Shown here: in pieces, positions 53,519-64,000 of the stretch
How the letters are laid out: each line of letters opens with the position of its first letter
How positions within the stretch are numbered: the stretch's first letter is position 1
NCBI RefSeq assembly: GCF_964355755.1
Contig: NC_092676.1
Location: 11,385,888 to 11,449,887, forward strand
Length of the DNA stretch: 64,000 nt
Reading direction: 5' to 3'
From: Antedon mediterranea
Lineage: Eukaryota; Animalia; Echinodermata
Made by a program: the position numbers and the translations under genes
Notes under the pieces: generated by a model
The model's input: the letters and a program-made list of their open reading frames with translations, nothing else
Told to the model about the DNA's origin: nothing
The model's database searches: none

Positions 53519-56500
53519 ACTAGACATGAAACTCGTCACTTTGACGAGTTAGTTATCCGCACCACGACAAACGCCACGTGCACGTCATACGTTGGAATGT
53601 TGCACACAGAAAAAGATTATGGCATTATGACCCGAACGGAAGAATATGATATGTTGTTAGTGCTAAATTATGTCTATTTTGTGTCATATAGTATATACAT
53701 TTTAAAGTACACAGTATAATCTGTATACACGTAATTTAAATGTTTAGGCATGATGATGTCATAAAAAATAAATATTTTTAACTCATGCATAAGATAGTTG
53801 ATTGACCTAGACAATATTAAAATCTCGGAGAAAAAGGAATACAGATAACCGTGATGCGCTCCATTTAATGTGATGAGCAATAACGAAAGAGACAAAAATC
53901 ATATATTTTACATTCGTGTGGCCATACGATGACGTCACAATGTCCGGTTAACCATATTGATTAATGATCCGATATCTACAACTCATCACCTTCCAAAATA
54001 TGTAAGTTAAAAAAAAGTTTACCTCCTAGTTTAGAATCTATGATTGTTTAAAAAAAGGCATAATTTTGACGAATTTTTGAATTTTTTCATTAAAAACACG
54101 CACATATTGTACAATTCGACGTGCTCGTATGATGTAATTTTACGTCTAAATTGTTTTAAAATTTGATAAAATTACTATAAAAGACTGAAAAAACATAATT
54201 CACGCAAAAAAGATGTTTTAGCGCTACGTGCGGACCACGCGCGTAAGATTGTTCGCGCGCGTGGGAATTTTTGACATGCTCAAAATGTCATGATCAGCGT
54301 AGAAAGTTGATTAGAAATTAATTTTGCGCATTTCAAATTTTAAATGCGCGTGCGCGCGTAACTTCATGTAAAACATGCCATTTTTAGTGCACAAAAAGTT
54401 AGCGCAAGATATAAATTAAACTTTTGCTAAGTTTCAATTTAAATTGCTATATGGTTTTCAAACTATGTTAAATACGCGAAATTCATAAAATCGCGCGTAA
54501 GTCACGTTGCGCATTTCCGAGGTCATTCACAATAGGAGGTGCACAACTTCACGTGAATGCCCATATGTTGACAAAGTTATGAAATGTTATATTTACACGT
54601 TTTTGAGATACGCGAGACACAAAAATGGAGGAGAAATGCGCGTGCGCACGTAACTTCTTGTAAAACATGACATTTTTAATCCACAAAAAGTTTGCCCTAG
54701 ATATGAATTAAATTTTCACAAAGTGTCAAAAAACAATTATGCTTGGTTTTTAATCTATGATCAATCATTAAAAATCATAAAATTGCGCGTAAGTCACGTT
54801 GCGCAACTCTGACATCATTCAAAAATAGGAGGTGCACAACTTCACGTAAATGTCCATATGATGACAAAGTTATGAAATGTTATGTGTACAAGTTTTTGAG
54901 ATACGCGAGACACAAAAATGGAGGAGAAAGAAAGAAGAATAATACTAGACATGAAACTCGTCACTTTGACGAGTTAGTTATCCGCACGACAAACGCCACG
55001 TGCACGTCATACGTTGGAATATTGCACACCGAAAAAGATTATGTCATTATGACCTGAACTGAAGAATATGATGTGTTGTTAGTGCTGAATGCTGTATATT
55101 TTCTGTCATATAGTACACACAGTATAATCTGTATACATGCCACAAACAGTGTAAAATAGGTGAAATTACGGGACCCATATTTTATTTTAATTTTTAACAT
55201 GTTGACGGTTTCAAAAGGAAACGCGAAGGTAGTAATTTCGGAAGAAAATTATCTCAGCAACAACATATTAACGTTTAGAAGAAATTTGAATACGTGAAAT
55301 ATTAATGCGCGCTCTTTTAAATGTAATGAAATATGACTTTGTTTATTTAACTGGCCATATGATGACATCACAACATCGGATTGGCGAGAAGTTCACATGA
55401 TTTCGTATCTACAATCCCATAGCTTCCTGAAAACGTTTTAATCGTGATTATCACATTTTATTCTTACGAGCTATAACAGATTAAAATTTACTGTAAAGAT
55501 GAAATTAATGACGCTGTTAATTAAAATTTGTAGGCATGATGACATCATAAAAATTAAAATATTTTTAAGTCATAAAAATTAAAATATTTTTAACTCATGC
55601 GTAAGATAGTTGATTGACCTAGACAATATTAAAATCTCGGAGAAAAAGGAATACAGATAGGCGTGATGCGCTCCATTGAATATGATGAGCAATAACGGAA
55701 GAGACAAAAATCCTATATTTTACATTCGTGTGGCCATACGATGACGTCACAATGTCCGGTTAGCCATATTGATTCATGATCCGATTTCTACAACTCATCA
55801 ACTTCCAGAATATGTAATTAAAAAAAAGTTCACCTCGTTGATTAGAATCTATGACTGTTTAAAAAAAGGCATAATTTTGACAAATTTTTGAACTTTTTCA
55901 TCAAAAACGCACGTAAAGTATCCAATTCAACGTGCCCGTATGACGTAATTGTAAGTCGAAATTGTTTTAAAATTGGTAAAATTACTATAAAAGGCTGGAA
56001 AAACATAATTCAATAAAAAAAAAATACTTTTAGCGCTACGTGCGCACCACGCGCATAAAATTGTTCACGCGCGTGGGAAATTTTGATATGCTCAAAATGT
56101 CATGATCAGCGTAGAAAGTTGATTAAAAATTAATTTTGCGCATTTTGAGTTTTAAATGCGCGTGCGCGCGTAACTTTGTGTAAGACACGCAATTTTTTTT
56201 CCACAGAAAGTTAGCGCATGATATAAATTAAACTTTTGCTAAGTTTCAATTTAAATTGTTATATGGTTTTAAATCTATGTTAAATACGCGAAATTCATAA
56301 AATCGCGCGCAAGTCACGTTGCGCATTTCTGACGTCATTCACAATAGGAGGTGCACAACTTCACGTGAATGCCCATATGTTGACAAAGTTATGAAATGTT
56401 ATGTTTACACGTTTTTGAGATACGCGAGACACAAAAACAGAGGAAAAATGCGCGTGCGCGCGTAACGTCTTGTAAAACATGCCATTTTTAATCCACAAAA

Positions 56501-56969
56501 AGTTTGCCCTTGATATGACTTAAATTTTCACAAAGTGTCAAAACAAATTTATGCTTGGTTTTTAGCCTATGATCAATCATAAAAAATCATAAAATCGCAC
56601 GTAAGTCACGTTGCGCAACTCTGACGTCATTCAAAAATAGGAGGTGCACAACTTCACGTAAATGCCCATATGTTGACAAAGTTATGAAATGTTACGCTTA
56701 CACATGTTAGAGAAACGCTCTACACAAAAATGGAAGGAAAAAAATAAGAATAATACAGAAAAAAAAAAAAAAATGATGATCCCATACAATCACAAGGAGT
56801 TATCCGCCAAGTGCGGATAACTAATAAAGAAAAAAAAAAAAAAGATCCAGGACGATTACAAGGAGTTATCCGCTACTAACCGGATAACTAATAATACAGA
56901 AAAAAACTGTTGATCTCATACAATAACAAGGAGTTATCCGCTTGGTATACCAAGCAGATAACTAAAAAA
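53519..56969 (-). mobile_element. Second nested HINE cluster (3 heads, 2 tails)
   Basis: Tails with CTAG at 53520 and 54945; stacked heads at ~56822, 56889, 56963; T-flanked on the minus strand, no TSD. Confidence 0.85.
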
Positions 56970-56974
56970 CAGTC

Positions 56975-58433
56975 CTATGATTCACCGTCAAATACAATCA
57001 TTTCGTTATCATCGTCATCATCATCCACAATGGAATATTCAAGAGTGTCGTCTGTCGATGATGGCATCTCATATCCAACCAACCCTTCGACGTTTACTTC
57101 TTTTTTTTCAGAACCATCAAGGGCTACATTTATCCCACACTTTCTGAACGACCGAATTTGCAGCGATGGATTTTTGTTCATCATGGACCAGGCATTGCCA
57201 ACCCATTTTATTATAAGAATTCACCTATGGCTTGCGCATATCTTACCCATTCACATAATCATCGAGGTTATCATTGATATGTTTTTCAAACTCCTCTTTT
57301 ATCGCATTCTTAAATGGCCTGTTGAATACAACATCGAGGGGCTGTACTCTACTGGTACAACCAGACGGTACGTTGACCAACACAGTGTGTTTGGCGGCCA
57401 AAAGCTCCTTAACTGTGTCTGTTTGCTGTGCTTTATGTACATCTGCGATCAACATGTGCTTACGATTTGGGGTCACAGGATTGGTAAATCGGTTTCTCCA
57501 CTCTTCATCTCTATCCAAATCTTCATAATGCCTTTGTCACACCATGCTTTAGGTTGAAATTCCACCCTGACTCTCTTGTCCCATTGACTCTGAAAATGGA
57601 AGTAAATTTTTAAGCATTTATTATAGTCTAAATTTTATTGGATTGCAGTGACCGTTATAATTATTATTAAAAATCCGTTTTCACTATAAATAATATCGGT
57701 ATTTTAACTGACTTTTTGTGAAATTGTTAATCCCATTCCTCTAAATATGACCATCAGCCGTACCCTAGGGATTCCATCTGCAAATATAGTCAACTGAACT
57801 GTACACTGTCGTTTCTCAAGACCAGATGAGCCACTCGCCACCCATATCTCTTTCTTTCCTTCTACGTCATACATCCTTCCATCAGACATAATAAAGGGCA
57901 GTGGTGTTTGATCCATGTTAGCGGTATCTCACTATCTACGAAGTCTCGCATTAAACGTTGCCTTCGGACGGCTTGGTGGAAGAAAGTAATGGCTGGACCC
58001 AAAGCTGTCGGTGGCTTTTGTGCTTGGTACGTTTTCCTTCGATGGCTTAGTTTATTCCTCTTCTTGAAATTCATAAACCATCCATTTGAGGTTTTAAAGC
58101 CAACTGCTCCCTCTTCTACTGCAATTTGCTTAGCTCTAGACTCTATCCACCATCGTTTCGCTTCAATACCATTATTCCGCTTTTCTTTGAAGTCTTGAAG
58201 AAGCTTTTGCTCAAGTGTCTCATATGGTGTCTTTCTTCCTCGCACGCCAACGAACGAACAGTTCTTTAAATAATTGCATCAATTGCGTCCTTTTTCTTTT
58301 TCCACTCTCGCACCAGCTTACGATCAATACTAAATTCTTTTGCAGTCTTTGCGACACAATTGCCATTAGTGCTATGCCACTGCAAAACATTAAGCTTATA
58401 GTCTCGAGTATACACTTTCCTCGTCTTTACCAT
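56975..58433 (-). pseudogene. pogo transposase pseudogene (Brinker-type DBD, CENP-B HTH, DDE_1)
   Basis: MVKTRKVYTRDYKL..AKEFSIDRKLVREW; FKTSNGWFMNFKKRNKLSHRRKT; MDQTP; IADVHKAQ; PSGCTSRVQPLDVVFNRPFK; SFRKCGI. 35 residues between 2nd and 3rd Asp. Several frameshifts and stops; intron 57590-57712. Confidence 0.9.
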
Positions 58434-58631
58434 TTTGCAAAAGCAAAGAAAAATAGCAAATACACACACAACGTGTTGTTTACTGTCACGTTTGACAAAC
58501 TACGCGGTGCAGGCACGTCACTATGCGCTGTGCGTACCGTGTATCGTCTAGGCCCAGAGATTTTTTACTGGGGTCTTGTACTTTTGCTTTATAGCTGGTG
58601 CATAATATAAAAACAAATACAGTAAACGAAA

Positions 58632-58790
58632 ATGGCTACACCAAGTCCTATCCACAAAGTGGCAATTGTTTCATCTAGAATTAAAGGACACCATGTTTTT
58701 CAGTACAATTACGAAATAAACGAAGAAATGATATGTAAACTGGAACCTGAAAACAAGAAAAGCCCGAAATGCAATCAAGTTATGTTTCCC
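58632..58790 (+). pseudogene. HIRAN-like domain ORF fragment, divergent from the transposase
   Basis: SRIKGHHVFQYNYEINEEMICKLEPENKKSP, then after a 1-nt frameshift NAIKL; resembles the HIRAN pattern (RGYHVY...GE.L...REP.N..D.NAIKV). Confidence 0.55.
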
Positions 58791-59355
58791 CTTTTTAAAC
58801 AAGAAATATTTCTTACAAAAAACGCCGCGTAACTTTTTGACTGGACAGTTGTAAGAACAGTCTTCATTAATTTATTATAATAGGTCGGCCAATCAAAACG
58901 CAAGTGAACAATTGGGACTTTACTTGTGATTTATGTCATTGGCCTGTCAGCACAGTCGTTTCTTTCTAGAATTAAACGCACAAACTTGTATTGGGAATAA
59001 TTTATGTTTATGTGGTTATTACTATCGCATTTAGGTATTGATAATAATAATAATATGGCTTTTGAATATATAATTACTGTCTGTAGAATAACATTTATAC
59101 ATTTTCGGTTCACGATGAAAAGTTATATGAATGGATTTGTAATAGGTATTTATAATAATAGTATATGGGTTGTATTATTAAATATTGCTAAGCTATCACC
59201 AAATCGCGTTATACCATTATTTCTCAGGGTTTTTTGCACCATTGATCAATACCAAACGCTTATCGGTATTATTTTAATGAATCATTACATTAATAAAAAT
59301 ACCCAATTAAATCAATCGCGTCAGTCCAATTCCGACTTATGTTTCGATCACATAG

Positions 59356-59501
59356 TTCTGTGTCTACACTGTCTCAACTAGTTTAACAAAAAAAGTGTGA
59401 TGTGCCCAAATATGGTAGTGATATGCCCGAATATCGTAGTGGACGTCATGTCTATATAATATGGGCACATCATATTTAGTTTGATAGTATAGACAGAGCT
59501 T
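59356..59501. mobile_element. Harbinger-like MITE, same family as 50626-50762
   Basis: TGTCTACACT...ATAGTATAGACAGAGC-TTA; shared internal gtgatgtgcccaaatatggtagtgatatg. Confidence 0.7.
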
Positions 59502-59526
59502 AAGGATTATATTTAAAAAATGTTTT

Positions 59527-59750
59527 CTTACATTTTGAAAAAAAGTATTTATTTGTTTATAAGCCCAATTTTCCAGTCTTAATTTTACATTTTGAAAAAA
59601 AAGTATTTTATTTGTTGATAAGCCCAATTGTGCAGTCTTATTTTACATTTTGAACGAAAGTATTTATTTGTTGATAAGCCCAATTTTGCAGTCTTATTTT
59701 ACATTTTAAACGAAAGTATTTATTTGTTGATAAGCCGAATTTCCAGTTTA
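59527..59750 (+). repeat. ~56-bp minisatellite, 4 copies
   Basis: Unit ttttacattttgaacgaaagtatttatttgttgataagcccaattttgcagtctta; further copies at 60260-60356 and ~60540-60590. Confidence 0.85.
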
Positions 59751-60624
59751 AATGACCCCTTCCACAGTGCTTATACCATATACATTTTACATGATATTGA
59801 CCGTGGGTTCTTTACGCCTCTGATGCATTTGTTTTTATTGTACCTTTTTAATAAATTATTATATGTTTAGGCCTAATCACACCAAATTTAATGAAACGGT
59901 CAGATTCCGATTTCAATTGAACGAAAGTAGTACTGTACGGCGTTAGCCGATATCTTGAGCATTTGACTCATGTGTCAACCTGTAACACAAATCATTCTTC
60001 AAAATCTAAAGAAAGAACCTCACACGTCTTTTTTGTGAGTGATACACTATGGATATGCCCACGGAAATAATATGTGGACATTGCAAACAATCATAGGCCT
60101 ACAGTAACAAACATAACATGGCTAATAAGCATAACATTCAGACTTGTTTGTTTTCTAGTGGATTTTTATTTACTTTAGCATGTAGAATAAAACTAGTAAC
60201 AGTGGCTATATTAATAATTATTATACTGATTATCCTTGATGTTATCGCGTCTAATAATAAAATATTTTGTTGTTGATAAGCCCAATTTTTCAGCCTTGAT
60301 TTTACATTTTGAACGAAAGTATTTATTTGTTGATAAGCCCAATTTTGCAGTCTTAATAATGACCCTTCCACAGTGCATTTTACATGATATTGACCGAGGG
60401 TTTTTACGCCTCTATAGCCACTGATCAATACCACAATTAATGTACTTTTTTAAATGAATATAGAAATGTTTCAACATACCAATTAAAAAAAAACGGTCCG
60501 TTTTCGAGTTCAATCTTATGATTAGAGAGGTTGGAGTTTCATTTTGAACGGAAGTATTTATTTGATTGATGAGCCAAATATCTAGTCCTAATGATTTGAG
60601 ATTCAACGGGTTTTGCTTTCAATT

Positions 60625-60635
60625 GTATAATAATA

Positions 60636-60673
<38 letters not shown>

Positions 60674-60690
60674 TAATATTAAGTATAATT
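60625..60690. repeat. (AT)n microsatellite
   Basis: Visible directly. Confidence 0.9.
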
Positions 60691-62944
60691 ATGAATTCAC
60701 TTTCAGGCCCAATAACAATGATCCCGGGCCCGAGTTTTTGTAGACCGGACTTCCATGCACAGCCACATGTTAAGGAATATGAATCTCTTTATGATTTTAA
60801 TATGGTTCGAAATGATATTACACAACAACGGAGCAGGCGTTCCTAATAATCTGCTGCTGCTACCTAGACTGATTGTTCACCTTCTGACGATAATTGATTG
60901 GACCCCCCCCCCCCCCACGGCATCTGATAACCAAAAAAAAATTTACCAGGACTGTTTCAATGATTTAATATCTGACGGCGTATTATTATAACATTGGCCT
61001 AGATTGACAGTCAAAAGAAAGTCATTGTAAATACCTCCCTTTATGTTGACAGAGCCAAAATAAAGTTTTGACCATTATCGAATGATTATTTGACAGTGAC
61101 TTATACCGGCCTGGTTGACAGCAAAAACGAAGTTATTATTTATTGAACAAGATTTTACAGATTTCCGTCTACATCTCAATAATACTGTATTATCAGCAAA
61201 GGCTTTCATATAGACTCTCTTCTCCCAGACGTTTTTTGGGTCCAGCAGCTACCTATAAATTATAGTCGAGTTTCCAAATTCACAAAACTGTCAGCCTTAG
61301 ATACTAAAGCTACCGCTATGAAACAGCTTATTAATGAATGTGTCCTCCTGGGACATAGCTGGCTAGAGCCGCGGCGCGAAAACATGCACTTGTTAGTGTG
61401 TCAAATCATGGACAAAACAGGTACGATCGTTGTCCATGGCGAGGTAAAGATTACGTCTATTACTAATAACCATACATTTGAAACGTCTATAGGCCTCCTG
61501 CACGTGTTTTTGTGAAACGATCCAATGAGCTATAGATGCTCGAAGCGATTATGAGATCATATTCATTCATTCATTCTTTATTTAGCCTTTAAAATCGAAA
61601 TACATTTAAAACATAGGTAACCAAATCAAGACACGTGGAAATAAAGGAGGCAAGGATAAGCAAAAGCAATTAAAATCGCTGTAGCTCACAGGCTTGCTTA
61701 TCCATAATAATTCCGAATAAAGCACCTTTTCTATAATTTGACAGTATGATTTATATATAATTTACGTATACGTCGGCGATACTATAGATTTTAATTTGAA
61801 TATCTTTTATTTCTTCATTTATAATAATCATTTAATGTACTAATTAAGTAAGTGCAACCACCTAGTGTCTCACATTCATACGCCGTTCGTAAATCTAAAT
61901 GTTTTAATATCAGTGCAGATTACCTCTTTGAGAATCGTGTCCACCTTTATTATCCATACATTATTATTCTCACATCTATCATTGTACATCATAGTCCTAC
62001 TGTAGGCCGGTAGATTGATTTATAACGGCATGTTATCTATATATTTTATTAATATCCTAAAACCATACGTAATTGTTTGCATAATAAAAGACACGACAGA
62101 CGTATATTCTCTATATAATATATTAATTCAGTACATATAAATAGAGGTAAATTATTATATGCCTACACACTTAAAACTAAAGGTGCAATAAAAGGTGCAA
62201 ACCTATAAAAGGGTGCTAATTTGCGCCTTTTTCTCATAAAATGGTGCAGAGTTCATAAAAGGTTTATTTTTGCACCTTTTAGATCGAAAAAAAACCGCAA
62301 AGGCCCAAGTAGGCCATGGTGACTGTGTGACAAATAAGACCTATTAGATTAATGAACGCTTCTTGATATGTTTAACTTAGGGCTTCTAAAAGCTTAAAAG
62401 GTGATGATAAGGACAATTTTTTTAGAATGACATTATTGTGGTAAGTTAAAACAAAAATAAGAAAGATTAATAATAATATAGATAGGTTTGTGGGGACAGC
62501 TATCGGAATTCGAACAAATCTTTTTTTTACGGAACATTAGAAAGTCGCTGGCTTGTAACTGAAAATTAAAGTTTAATACCTTTAACATGATAAATTCAAA
62601 GGTTCAACTGGGCACCCTATAAGGTTTAACATCAGTTAAAAGGTGCATAATAGCACCTTTTTGTACAATTTTTGTACAATTTTCGTACCGTATGCACACG
62701 CAAGATGTCTGTAAACAATTGTTAAAATATTGAATTTCAGAGGTTATTTACTCTGGTTTGCTTAAGTCTAGAATAAGTAAACTTTTCTTTCATATTTAAC
62801 AATATTATTAGAATATCTAATATCATAATGTAGGCATCTGTTCTAAATTTATTTGAAACAGGAATTGAACAATAATTTTAAGCGCGTGCGGTGGTTAAAC
62901 ATGCAGTTTGAATTGAGGAGTTTGCGCCCAAAAAATCAGGCTAT

Positions 62945-63430
62945 AAAATTAAACTAGGCCTAGCTCCCACACCTCTCCAGTGTAGGATAGCTGTTAAAAG
63001 TAAGTAACGAAGCTTTATAGGCATGTAGTTTGGTTGTTAATTACATTAATTATTGTATAGGCCTATAAGCCTAGGCTAGGCCTAAAACTTAAAAATGATA
63101 GCTAAATAAGGCTAGTTAGAGGCCTCCTACCTAGCCTATCTAGGCGGCCTCTATTAGGCCTAGGCTAGGTTAAGCCTAAAGTAGGCAGTCTAGAGGCCTA
63201 CTTAGCCTACAGTAGCCTTTCGGGCGGGGGCTAGTCCTAGACCAGGCCTAGCCTACTTACCTGGGTCTAGCTAGTAGGTTAGGCATAATAGGCTAGCTAT
63301 GCCTAGGTTACTAGGTAGGCCTAGACCTTAAACTTAATTAAAAGCAGTCCTAGGCCTAGCTAGGCAGGCCAGGGGCCTAGTTATTAATATTAGTTATTAC
63401 AGTAGCTGGGTATTATTAGGCCTAGGCCTA
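62945..63430. repeat. TAGGCCTA/CTAG-rich low-complexity tract
   Basis: Dense taggccta, cctagg and gctagc palindromes. Confidence 0.7.
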
Positions 63431-64000
63431 TATTAAATTCTTATACACATTATCATTATTTTTAATTATAGTTACAGCCTACATGATGTCATGGAGGGAT
63501 AAAATAAGTTTAAAACATGAAAGAGCACCTCTGCTCTAATCAGCAGCAATAAAGATGTTCAGAAAAGGAGAAAGAAATGTGACCACATGTAATACTCTAG
63601 TAATAATAGGGCCTACTATACTACGAGCTGAGGAAAGGGAGAGGAACATACTTTAAAGTATGTGAAGCATGTGGTCAAGGTAATTTGACTTTAAAAATCA
63701 GAACAATGTCAATAATGTATTGTATGATGTTGTCATATTAATGATAATATTAATAAATAGTATCCCTTCCTATTTCATGCTTTTTAGGAAAGTACATAAT
63801 CAGGTGAAAATGTTCGGAAAAGGTGAACCAGACATCAAGAACACTGTTTCAGATATATGGGGATAAGAAGAGAATATACTGCCAAAGATGTCATCATTAG
63901 ATAATTTTAACAATAGGCCTATTGTTGGTTTGAGAAGAGATGGCCACACTCTATTTAAGGTGCAGAGACTGGTAATTACCATCCATTAATTCAGCAGTTG

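Larger units (their letters stand above)
53310..58800 (-). mobile_element. pogo (DD35D, Passer-like) DNA transposon, decayed; right end not found
   Basis: TA|CCGTAAAACC terminus at 53310 with three GGGCTTCTTTTCGA subterminal repeats, breaking LINE ORF1; transposase at 56975-58433. Joining the terminus to this transposase is inference. Confidence 0.6.

Noticed and set aside
56910-57557. 215-aa + strand ORF
   Set aside because: Antisense shadow of the pogo transposase.
58535-58550. TACCGTG as the right pogo TIR
   Set aside because: Wrong orientation and not complementary to CCGTAAAACC; LINE ORF1 does not resume there.

Overview
AT-rich eukaryotic (animal, probably marine invertebrate; taxon is inference) DNA dominated by transposable elements. 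1-41215 looks like a ~1.5 kb tandem satellite but is a set of non-autonomous Helentron/Helitron2-type elements (HINE-like: 5' palindromic subTIR head, 3' subTIR + hairpin + CTAGT tail). I count 26 tails and 22 complete heads, arranged like nested parentheses: copies inserted repeatedly into the T-tract just behind the head of earlier copies. 42320-45639 (-) is a spliced OSTM1 homolog with a chimeric 5S/tRNA SINE in an intron. 49048-58800 is a multi-layer nest: a CR1/L2-group LINE interrupted by an Academ-like TIR element and by a decayed DD35D pogo transposon. The pogo has an intron, a divergent HIRAN-like ORF beside it, and a second HINE cluster inside it. The rest is MITEs, minisatellites and low-complexity DNA. 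Nearly all ORFs in the supplied track are spurious.
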